Assembly (NCBI GenBank): GCA_002633005.1
Contig: NMRA01000193.1
Location: 190,641-254,640, forward strand
DNA length: 64,000 nt
Source of the DNA: Phoronis australis
Lineage: Eukaryota > Animalia > Phoronida
Reading direction: 5' to 3'
Shown here: one piece after another, positions 26,201 through 37,401 of the stretch
Layout: every line of letters starts with the position of its first letter
Numbering within the stretch: position 1 is the stretch's first letter
Notes under the pieces: generated by a model
What the model saw: only the letters and a program-made list of their open reading frames with translations
The model's database searches: none
What the model was told of the DNA's origin: nothing
Program-made: the position numbers and the translations under genes

Positions 26201-29200
26201 GGTCCACCATTCTTAAAAGCTATTTTCAAAAACGCCAAGCCATTGCACTACTATCACGAGATATAGGCCTAGAGATAGGTGTGTATGAGATATAATTTTG
26301 AGTTAAAAGAAGAGAAAAATACGCCAGACTAATTTGAATTTGCTGTGAGTCTTAAGATAACAACATGTTATTGATCAGATTCAACATTAGTGGTCCCAAA
26401 TTCTTCCCTGTAATCCAATCTCTGTTACGCATTGTTTCATTCCAGTTAGTTGTACTGTCAAGAATCATCCCAGATCAGGAGCAGGCCATGTCGTCTGCTG
26501 TTGGTATTAAGTTGATCACAGACATCATGCAGTCATCTCGGAGTAATGCCATATTGGCTCTGGCCTCAGACTGTGTTGCCAGACTCGCCCACACAAGAGC
26601 AGGTGAGCTTTAACTATGCATCAAGTGCAGCTTGCATTATTTTTCTTAATCCAGTTATGCCTACAAATCATTTCCGATCTACAGAAATAGATTACTGTAC
26701 TCCATCTCAGTCTTTGGCATACGAAAACCTTGAATTATGTCTTGTTGGGTTGCTGTGTTTTGCTTTAGACTGGTAAATGGAACATAGAAATTTCCGTACT
26801 ATCTCAAAAGAACTTTTGCCTACAGAGGTGCTGTCGCTTACAACGGGCTGGGTATTGCCGTCGCTAACGCGCCCAATGTCCACATTGTCAAACAGAAGTA
26901 CTGGGACTTTGTGCGTAGTTCGTTACTGTAGGCCTCAGCTAATCACTACTTTACTCTGTTTTATGTTATTTATTCATCAAATTGTACATATTAACTAATT
27001 TTATATTAATTTATTTTATTTATTATCTTTTCAATCTAATTGTATATAGCTGTCTGTATTTTACTTCATGTAATTATTTCTGACTGGGCCCACTTGAAAA
27101 TCAGTGTATTCACTGAAGTGGTCACCCAGTCTTTTAAAGAAGTTTAAATAAATAAATAAATAAATAAATAAATTTTAGTGTTCAAATTTTTAATACATTT
27201 TTTGCAACATAGATGCAATTTGATTGCGACAGACCTAAGTTCAGTTTACATGCATACACTAACCATAAAGGAAACATTTTCTCCACAGCGTTTGTGTTTT
27301 TCATGTAAATTTCTCTTGACTGGCACATTTTCTGTGGAGACCTCTGTTGTATTTTTTCCTCTATTTAACTTGAACTCTGCATAATTATATGATTATAATT
27401 AAATTGAGGAGCTTGAGTAGATATGATAAATAAAAGGGCGAGTAATTGGCATTTTACTTTTTGGATTGTAACGGAAAAGTTTGCCGTATTCAAATGTATG
27501 TACATTCTGTTTTTAAAGCATCTATATATCTTTGAGATATTATATCTATAGATTAGAATGTGAACGCAATAGTTACTTTCTCTGGGATCTTGTTGTTTCA
27601 TGAAACTATCTCGGTTAGTTAAGACTTAAGACAGAAATTATTTCTGAAAAATAATTGAAAGAAAGAGAATATACCCATAACTAATTCACTTATTAATTAT
27701 TTTTTTGTGCAATTATGTCCAGGCAGTGATAAGGTAATATGAAATTATGACTGTAAGCATTATGAGGTAACTGAAGTGGTAGCCTAAGACCAAATTGCTG
27801 TCTTAAGTATTAATTAAGTCTTAAGTCACTTTTCACGATACAGACCTGGTGTGCATCAATGTTGCTTTGCTTGTTCTTCATTGGTTTATCAAGTTGTTTC
27901 TCTTCACAGGTGTGCCTGCAGCTATTGTATCAGTCTCTGCAGTCAATACACTTTGTGATCAGATGTTGTCTGATGCTGAAGTTGTCCGCGGCTCGGCAGC
28001 CATTGCTCTTGGCTATCTTTCTTACAATCACACGGCAGAGAGGCAACTTCTCAACAGGTGAGTCAACAACCTGTGGTACTATGTATAATAGGTTCACATT
28101 GACTGGTGAAATTGGCAGCAGTTTCCCAATGGCAAATATGCTAGCATTTGGAGCAGGAAAATGAGGGCGCTGTGAACAATTTGGATCATCATGGGTACTG
28201 CTGGTAATGGGTGTTAGAACATTATTGTTCATTGGCATGAACTCACGAGGAACTGTTACCATGAGCACCTGTGTCCTTTGAAGTGAAGGCAGTCAAGTTA
28301 AAGAAGGGCTAGTGGAAAAGCCAGTAGTTTTGGGGGTACGAACTCAAGCCATCAGCAGTTGAAGCTTTTAGTGAAAGGGACTAGGTTGCAACCATGTTCG
28401 CATGAGCGGCATTTTTATTACTTGCTAAAATTTTAATGAAAACGCTGACATATAAGCCAGGATGTGAATGGGATACTATGGTAAAGCTTTGACAATTTAG
28501 AATATGATATTAATATAGAAATTCAAATTTTGTTATATCAAATACCTTAGCAGAAATTAAAAAGCAAAGAATATTTTGGTTCTTTATGACCACTGCTTGT
28601 GTTTTGCAACTCCCATCCAACAATACATGGTAAAATTCTGAGAATGGCAAAGATGTGAATTTTGGAAAAATGGAAAATGTTTCATTAAATCTTTTTCAGT
28701 ATTGAGTTGATGAAATTTTACCATACTGGGTTTTCTGCTTTACTACCATTGGAATTTTGTCAGATCAACTTTTTTTTTCATTGGTTGAGCTGTCATTATA
28801 ATACTTATTAATCATACTGTGTTGTTCAGTTTCTTATCCTTGGCCAAGTCTCGTGTATGGTTTACCTACTTCTGACATTTAGCATATTCATGCTAACTTT
28901 TCATTTTATAGTATATTTTTTATGTATAGTGCAGTCATCCTAGAATTTTGACTCTTTGCAGAAACGGAATATTTTGTTGACAAATGAATTGTCAGCATGT
29001 GCCATCTGCTATTTAATTGCCAGAAATGAAATATGAATTAATCCACTTAAGCTCGTCCAATCAGTCTCATAATATTCGTTGTGGTGATAGACCTTGATTA
29101 ACAATAATAACATTAAAAACATCACCAACTCAACAAGACGCCCAAGAGATTATTGGGGTTGGCCAACCCTAAAATTTTGAATTTAAAAATAGTGCATGTA

Positions 29201-30611
29201 CGCATTGCGTACAATTTGAGTTGTCGGCTCATTGGGCAACAATGCAAGATTGGATTGGATAAGGGTGGTGATGTTTGTAGTGTTTCGGTTTAAAAACTTT
29301 GACAGCCGGCGACATACCCCTTAAGGAGATGGCGACATTAAAAATTGTCTTGATCGTGTTCATCATGAACATTAATTGAAATGGTGTAGTCTGTTTCAGA
29401 GTCTTTATATATTATGTTTCAGGTGCCGTGTGGATACGTATTTAATGAAAGTCCTGCTGTATTATTGTGACAAAGACAGAATTTCTTCTTCATTCATTGA
29501 GGAATGGAAACATTATAAGAAGATTGGACTTCCACCAATACAGTAAGAGAAACCATATTTCATTTGTTAATCAGACTTTGTGAATGGTTGGTACTTACAT
29601 GTTAGGTAAAAAGCATATTTGGTTCCAGTCTCTGTTTTTTTGAAAATCGAGTCTGACTCACTCTTTGGTGAAGTATTTTTTGTTGTTAACTTTTTAATTT
29701 TCTAACAAAAAAATAAACTGGAGATAAGAAAAAAAATGCTGCGGGATCTGTTTCTGTTTTTTACTTGTCGCTTGGCAAATCTTGGTATTTCAAACCTTGC
29801 CTATCCTTTCTTAAGTACATTTGTGCAGCATTAATACTTTGCCTAAAATTCATGCGGACGTTTTTTTGTTTAGTCGCTGAGCGCAAAATGTGCTGTGGTA
29901 GAGACCAAAATCAGTAATGCTGATCAGTTTTTCCCTGATATTAATGATACTTCCTAGACTTGAATATTAAATTATAATATTGATTAGCACCTTTTGCGGT
30001 ATTTTGTGTCGCGATCAAATAGAAGGTTGCAAGTCTTCAGTCTGCATGGCTATTTGGATACCTGAGTCACAATCATCTAGGTATATCCAAATTGTCCAGG
30101 TATTTTTCATGATGTAGCTCTGTATGCAAGATTAAAATCACATTTAAAACGAATGTTTGTATGTTTTTGCTGAAGACAGTAAGCAGTTCCAGGACTGAAT
30201 TGTGTTTATTCCAAAACTACTCCAGAAAAAGGCAGAACCCGTTATCCGGTAGAGAAATACTGTGAACCTTTCACTTAATAAGAAAATGTTTTGCTTATAC
30301 TCATGTTCTGTTCTTATAGGGAGGGGCGACCGAGTCTTGTCAGCCGCCAAAACTCTGAAGTTATTCTTCCCGTCATTCAAGACAAACAGGGTCATCCACT
30401 CACCATACTGAGCCTGGGTGAGAATGCCAGTAATGCGAGGACGTCTCCCATAAATTACTTGGGACAGGTTAACGAGGACAATGTAGGCAGGTATTCACGG
30501 TCGTCAAGGACTACAAACCACACAGTACCCCTACAGAGGAGTCGGCTGTCGCTGCACAGCGAAGGGTCAAAGTTGGAGCATCAGAGCAGCAACAGCATTG
30601 CTGCTGAGTAG
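23282..30611 (+). CDS. ANKAR: Ankyrin and armadillo repeat-containing (ANKAR-like) protein; exons 23282-24927, 25621-25865, 26446-26602, 27910-28057, 29423-29542, 30320-30611
   Basis: N-terminal ankyrin repeats (GWGHVHHAAFRGFVKSVE, STPLLLAVSSGNMETIRCVVDLGANL) are followed by many ARM repeats (GGVPIIVKVI, GGIPPLVHHL, GAVMPLMHLL, ANGVHPLVRLL) and a KIGLPP motif near the C-terminus. All introns are GT-AG with compatible phases. With exon 18380-18435 the CDS is 2664 nt (887 aa). Orthology versus paralogy to vertebrate ANKAR is not established. Confidence 0.88.
25885..25970 (+). repeat. Degenerate (TCA)n microsatellite in an intron
   Basis: gtcatcatcatcattattgtcatcatttcagtcatcagtgtcatccatcat. Confidence 0.6.
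26790..27172 (+). mobile_element. 5'-truncated CR1/L2-group (Crack/Daphne-like) LINE 3' end with (TAAA)n tail
   Basis: KRTFAYRGAVAYNGLGIAVANAPNVHIVKQKY resembles the ..F.YRGA..WN.LP........FK ORF2 tail. A 3' stem-loop region (ctgggcccactt...aagtggtcacccag) is followed by (TAAA)7 at 27145-27172. Confidence 0.75.
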
Positions 30612-33049
30612 CATGAATGGGACACTACATGATTTGCAGCCTCAGGGTCAAGGGGTGTGCTTGACCTCCCTTCCATGAAAAAAGTCCAGTTGAACTGTAG
30701 GAAGAGCACAAATTTTAAACACGCTGCATGGATAACCTTCGTTTGATTTAGTTGAAACTGGGGTAGCTGAGTGTGAAATGTGACTTGATACTTTGGAGAA
30801 TAGCCGTAAGGAAAGTGAATGGTCATCTAGTGATGTTTCACAGCCATACCACTTTTGCACTTCACACTGTGGTTGCTGTATCTAAAGCAGGGCTACATTT
30901 GATAGACCCAAGTCATTCGCAAGAAAATCTCGTGTGATTACTTACTTCGCTTGTAATGCACAGCGATATCTAGCAAAGGCTTGCATGACCAAGTGTTTAT
31001 GAGAGAGTCTTGCATCTGGTGTAGGCTGCCCTAGTGATCTTGATACAGTTATGCGCTCACTGCTGACATGTGGGCAACAGGACTGACACTCGGTGCACAC
31101 CGTCAGCTCCATCTAACTCTCGGTCCTGGGTTAGGACAGTAGCTGGGGGGAAGATAAGTATTATGCGCTTGTTACAACCAGGTTTAATGTGGAAGTCAAG
31201 GAAACTGGAAGTAAACACACAAGAGCAAATCCACAATCAAAACTGGCACGGATCCAGGATTATGGTTTAACCTTGAGACAGTAGGGGGCACTTTATATTC
31301 TATCATTGCAGCAGTACAAAAACACCTGAGGATGTGCACCTGAATAATAACGATATGGCTTAGTGCTTTGAAATGACATACCACTATGTTCTCTTCTACA
31401 AGAAAGTTACCTGTTAGGCAAGTTTCATGCGAGAATGGCAAGATCATACAAAACCATGCAAAATCACGAGAGTGGAATTAAGTTGTTGCATGTCGTGAGT
31501 AAACAAAGTCTATCAAAATGATATACCACTGATAAAGTTATTGGCCTGGGAAGCTGGAATGTTGAGATGCGGGTGAAAATCCACTGTTTCTGTTCCATTA
31601 GCAAAGAGTGCTTGTCACTAGTGCATGTCTTTTGTGTTTGTTTTGCTTTTTGCTTTTATGGAATGTTGTCCAATAGAAAGCAACATTGGGTTACACAGCT
31701 GGAGGTTGTACTAGTTTGTATTTCTACTTGCAACCTTTAATAGAACTTCTTAGAGATTGCACAAATTTGTCCTTAAATACAATATTCCATAAGGTATATT
31801 GATATACAATAAAACTTGATCCCATAATTTGGACATAGACTCGGATAACACCGATTTTGACAAAACTCTAAAAATGTTCCAGGTCGCAGTTGTTTAAGTT
31901 TGTGCATTTAGACCTGCAGACAGTGGATTTCGCTTTACTCGTATGAAATTGGTCCATTTGCATCAGATTTGTGCAAGTCGTACTGTAGCCCATTTGTCTT
32001 TAGAATAAGTTTCTTTAACAGAAACACCAATATGGTGCACAACTTCTGCTACCTGGAGTACTTGACTAAATGCATTTTGATAGTCCTCAACTCCCAAAAC
32101 TTGCGGTAGTTTTAGATTAGTTTTTTGTGTTGCGATTGTGACTAGGTATGAGGCACCATATTGTATCTTGTTATAAAGGTAATGTGGTCATTTTGTGATA
32201 GTGTAAACTTATTGTTTTTTTTCTGTAATTTGATCATTTTGTAACTGTTAACAGTAAATTATGAGTTTGATTTGTTTATAGTTTTTAAGATTAACTAACA
32301 TTAACTTTTTTTTGAAATTGAACTCAAATTTGGCTGTAAAGATCTGTGATATTCAACCTTACTCTATTTTAATGAAATATATTTACATACATTTCAAACA
32401 AAAACTGTTGTTTCATTATGACATTGCGCTTGTTTATCCCAGTAACCTTTTGAAATCGTTTGTAATTGCCGAGGCTCTTCTGGAATGGCCTTGATATGCA
32501 AGTGAACCTTATAAACCAGGTTTGTTGTAATGTTGTTCCAATCTGTGGATGTATTTAAAAGGTCAGTCTCGTTTTCTGACGATTTACCTTTTGTCCGAAG
32601 GAATAAGTCAAATTCGTAATGAGACTGGTTAGCAATGAATAGTAAAAACATTTTAGTTTTATCTTTGATGGAACTAAATGGCGAAACGTCTTCCTAGCCG
32701 GCAGACATGGAACTGTTACGCGCCCTTTGTGTGTCGCAGGGCTTGTTCTATGTCTCTAGTTTGGGTATTTTCAACGAGTCGCAGGTCGGAGTACTCGCAG
32801 TCTTACTTTAAAAGGTGGGGATGTTTCAACTCCTCAGTTTTCGCTGCCTTTATTTTTCTCTAAATGAAATAAGGGTTGGGTTTCATTACTCAGTTCACGA
32901 GGCATGGAAAAGTGTCCCGGGTGGCTCAAAAATTCGAACCCCCCGTTTTTAAGCTGGATGTGCGCATGTTCAATATAGAACAGAAAGTGGTAGACTTTGT
33001 TTTCCATTGAAAATTCATCAAAATTTTATTAAGAAATTTTACATGCCCG

Positions 33050-33271
33050 TGCCTACCCCNCCCCCATTTGGCGAAGTGGGCAAAAAGGTCCGCCTCGGAG
33101 AAATAAAAACAACGAAAAAATAGAAAACGAGACACGAGTCCGCTAAAACGGCAGGAACTACAAAAATTCGGCGAATGCACAATCCGTAGCTCGATCTGAA
33201 CTTACCCCGTAAATCTTAGTCAGTAAAAGATTCATATTCGACCCCCCATTTTTAAGCTGGGTGCGCGCATG
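33050..33271. mobile_element. Inverted copy of the CATGCGCGCACCC MITE; N at 33060; an extra terminal fragment at ~32925-32968
   Basis: Ends aagctgggtgcgcgcatg; internal ccatttggcgaagtgggcaaaaaggtccgcc matches the reverse complement of ~6675-6705. Confidence 0.7.
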
Positions 33272-34301
33272 TATCACATATTTATAAAGCATTTGAAAAG
33301 TGACCAGTTCAGGCATCTGTTTTTGTTCAACTAGGAAGAAGCGACCTCATGCTTCAACATAAGCTGCCGTTTATCGTGAACGGTCTTACTGAGCGAGGAG
33401 CATGGGAGTTGAATAATAAAGGTTACTTCAGCAGATATCGCATTCACTTTCTTGTTTATAAACGAACTAGTCTGGGCCTAACTAGATTAATTAGCCAAAA
33501 AAATGCTCATACCGTGGTTCTGTATAAAATTTTGGATCTCGCTACTAGACAGTTGTGTGTGACCAGACGAAAAGTTGCCGACTAAACGATGGCGGACCCA
33601 TCAACATGTTTTTATATTCCGACTAGACCACGGTGCGTTTGTACTATTCAAAAACAAATGAATGTTTCTTGGACTAGAGAATGCTTAAGAATGCTTAATT
33701 TTATCGTAAATGTATAGCCGCTGAGGTTGGCCAGTAGTGAAATATATCAAATAAACACAGAAAAATCAGGAACCCCAACTGGGGGTTTATGTTATATATT
33801 TGACTTAATTTTATCAAGTATCATTTGTGCGCGTCTTTTCTTAAGTTTGGTCTGACTCAGTGTTATGGAAGACCACCAAAGTTTTATTCATCCTCCTGAC
33901 GGTGCAGCTACACGGAACTTAAATTGCTTGACAGAGCGAGAATGAAATGTTTGCCACATCAACCGTAAATCGTCAGTTTAGTTGAATGTCTGTCACTCAG
34001 GCGTTTTTCGTTTGTTGAGAGATAAACACGCCGCGGCATGCACTTGCTTAAATCTAAAAGCTAGTGTCTGCTAAAATACCGCCATAGGCAGTGCTATTCA
34101 AAACCATCATGATTTATTGCCAATATGGTGATAAAAAACAAATATTAAAACTGCACCCCTCGTAGACCTATGCCGTTCTATTGAATTTGAATACTTAATT
34201 GACCTACAAAATCTAAGGAAGCAAATAAAATGAGTTCCCTAAGCGTTTTTAACGTCAAAAAAATTATTGCCCCGTATTTCTCAAGATTTTTTATTCTTTC
34301 G

Positions 34302-34693
34302 ATATTAAGACGGTGAAGCCAGGTAGGCTGAGGCCGATCGAGATCCCACACTGCAATATACCGGAGAGCATGGACCAAATTAGATATTGTTGTAACAGAG
34401 CAAGTCTCCACTGAACCTCAAAATATGTATTTTCTCTCATCAGGCATTCGTTTCAGTTCAATTTGCACATGATAACGATCAACTTTCCATGAAAGCAAAA
34501 GAAGGGAAACACCCTTCTCCTAAGCCTGTCGCTAGCGAAGTGCCCGACACATACAGTCGCGCCCACATGCCCACGTAACAAAGGCGCACTGAGACGCAAC
34601 AAANATATTAAGACGGTGAAGCCAGGTAGGCTGAGGCCGATCGAGATCCCACACTGCAATATACCGGAGAGCATGGACCAAATTAGATATTGT
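34302..34693. repeat. 89-bp direct duplication (34302-34390 / 34605-34693) around N at 34604, enclosing 213 bp of unique sequence
   Basis: atattaagacggtgaagcc...ttagatattgt occurs twice identically. Copy 1 continues TGTAACAGAGC; copy 2 continues AAACACG. Confidence 0.85.
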
Positions 34694-36219
34694 AAACACG
34701 AGTGACTGAGCCCACGTTTACTATGACCACGACTGACAGCAATATGATACTCCGTTGATCACCCGACATTGGCGTTTGACGTCTGTAGTGGGGATTTCAA
34801 ACCCAAAAGTTAAGCAGCTATACGTTTATTTTAAAGACACGATCATGGGCGGCGCACCATCATAGGGGGCTGGGGAGGCTATAGCCTCATCACACTTTTT
34901 TCAGAGCTGCGCTAAACATGGTCTATGGGCGGTGCACCACTAGGGCCGGGGGCTGGGGGGCTATACTGCCCATGTATTTTTTATTTCACGTAAGTGGAAC
35001 CTCATTGACAAGTCTGCACATTTAGCCGAAATAGTTACAAAACTATAGAATTTAACTAAGCAAAAGTATATATTTTCTGAAAGCAGAAATTCCATAAAAC
35101 TTGACCAATCTGCCACTAATTAGGTGACCTTGCTTTTTAGGAAAATTTAGCCAAAACGAAATGTATATTCATATAAACAATTAGAGGATCAATCAAATGG
35201 CCGCAAAGTATGGTCTAATTGTTCACTCTGAGAAACCATATTGCAGTTTTCTAAGTCCTATTTTTGATAGCCCTCATGCAAAAGTGGTACATTTTAGGTT
35301 ATCTATGATCTTAATAAATGACCTCAACTATACGTAAATGTCCGGGTCGAAATGCTTTGTCTACCATATCATTAAAGTATATATTTTCTGGAAGGAGAAA
35401 GATCGAGGATTCTAAAAATATTCTTCTTACTACTGTGTCTTTACTACGGTAACGTGACCACGTACGTTAAGTCAAATTTTTAGGGAAAAAGCTATGAATT
35501 AATCCGCTGTCAGTCACTGCTACCTTTTAGTTCACTGTACCCAGCTGCCTATAGTTGTCGTCCCGGCTCAAACGCCGGGGGATAGACTTAATTGTTCAGT
35601 GGCATATGATCGGAAGATTCGTCGTCACAAAATGAGTTGGTTTGTTACAGAGGGTGATTATTGGACAGTGATACCATCGTTTCTACCTGACTAGAGCCGG
35701 TGGTAACTGATTATGTACCAAGTATGGTCTGATGCAGTAATGCCGCGGAACCGTCAGTTTCGATACCAAATAGTCTATGAGTGTCGGTACGACTAAGTTG
35801 TGAGAGTAGATCACCGTTTTGTTGAGGTTATGCCGTATTTGTTGACTCAACAAACGTTAGCTTGACAAAAAGCAGGCTCTCATTCGTTTTATATCCGCGT
35901 GCATTTTCGTCGTGTTGGACAGACATTTCTAATCTTATCTGTTTACTATAAAGCGTGAAATGAAGTTCATCATAAATTTAGTGCCCGGGCTAATCGGACT
36001 AGGCCTATTCGAACACCATCACACTGCAGGTGGACTTAATTGTCTCCCAAATTTTGTTGCAGTTTCAACCCCCGACAACATATAGCTTTAGTGAAATGAT
36101 TTTTACCATGAGTCAAACATGTGCTGCCAGCATATGAGCGTTACTTTTGGCGCGAATGATTCGGACCAAAAGTAACCGTGCGCTGGCCGGGCATATGCCA
36201 GTGTTAGAGCGGCAGCCCA

Positions 36220-37230
36220 GAGCACTTAGCATAGATGAACGAGGTACCAACATCTGACCACGGGAGCATTTAAAGCCCACCTCAGTATGTACAGAAATGG
36301 ACGTATGCTTTTGTCTGCACTGTGACCCCCGCTGCATGGGGGCCTTACAAAGAGCCCAAAAATGAGCTAGTCTAGATATTCGAGGTACCAACCAAAACTG
36401 ATTTAAAATGAACAATAGTACCGCACGGAATGACCCATGACAGACAAATTGCACTCTGGAATGGGTCCGGCAGAAACCAAAAGGACCCGCCCCCCCGCAA
36501 AAGGAGCTAGCACATACATTCGAGGTACTACACAAAACCAATTCCATATGATTCAACTTCCCAACTGTCTGTCTTATGATGGCTATTCTTGGACTTTACA
36601 AGACGCATGATTTTCTATTTAACATTTTGCTTCTACTAGCTAAACAAGGAGAGAGGTCACAAAAATATACCTAATTTTCTCAAGTTCGTTACAAAAACTT
36701 ATGAATACTATAATGCTGAAAAATTAAATGCACATAAAAACTTTGTATATGACAGCTTCTCTGCGAAATGGGAAAATTTTATTGTTCATGTTAACTTCAT
36801 GTAGAAGATATTTACTTTAAACGAGATATGAGAATGGTCTTCCTGAGGTGTGCATGAATGAATGGTGTACTTATTTGTTTGTTTGTTTGTTTTTGTAATT
36901 GTTTGTAAATGATAATAGATACATAAAAAAATTCCATATGATTCAATACATGTCACAGATCACTAAAACCCCTATGCCAGACAAAATACACTCTCGGTTG
37001 TGCCCGGAAGAAACCCCCAAAAATCTCAACCACGGTATGCCATCATTAATTTGAGCTAGATTTTCGAGGTACCGGCCAAAACTGATTTTAAACGAACAAT
37101 AGTACTGCACTGAACACCAAATGACCCATGACAGACAAATTGCACTCTTGAATGGGTCCGGCAGAAACCAAAAAGGACCCCACCAAAAAATGAGCTTGCA
37201 CATACATTCCGGCGAGGTACTCCGGGTAAA
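36220..37230. repeat. Diverged tandem array of ~140-150-bp units punctuated by gagctag...cgaggtac, interrupted by a LINE
   Basis: Motif at ~36225, 36364, 36504, 37053 and 37192; units 36364-36503 and 37053-37191 are clearly homologous. Confidence 0.7.
36557..36929 (+). mobile_element. 5'-truncated L1/Tx1-like LINE with 17-bp TSD and short poly(A)
   Basis: TSD aattccatatgattcaa at 36540-36556 and 36930-36946. Decayed ORF2 tail AILGLYKTHDFLFNILLLLAKQ..//..IPNFLKFVTKTYEYYNAEK...FSAKWENF*, then (GTTT)n and an A tail. Confidence 0.85.
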
Positions 37231-37272
37231 TTTCCCATAATTTATGTTCGCCTGTGAGGGAAATGAATTCTG

Positions 37273-37291
37273 TTGCCACCAGGTGGCGCAG
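37273..37291 (+). promoter_or_regulatory. CTCF-like motif ~110 bp upstream of the CFAP418 ATG
   Basis: TTGCCACCAGGTGGCGCAG closely matches the CTCF core CCACCAGG(G/T)GGCGC; binding is not shown. Confidence 0.4.
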
Positions 37292-37401
37292 TTGAAAATT
37301 AGGTCAAAGAAAGTTCATTGAAATATTTTACGGGCTTTATGAGTTGGGTTTACTTTTGTGCAGTTTGACGGATTTTGCAGGCCAGCCATTGGGTCTTTAA
37401 C

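Noticed and set aside
27930-28268. 112-aa antisense ORF overlapping an ANKAR-like exon and intron
   Set aside because: Partly a shadow of the exon, no recognisable domain and no partner exons found.
36220-37230. Repeat-spacer appearance reminiscent of a CRISPR array
   Set aside because: Spacers exceed 100 bp and are homologous to each other, repeats are degenerate, the context is eukaryotic and there are no cas genes.
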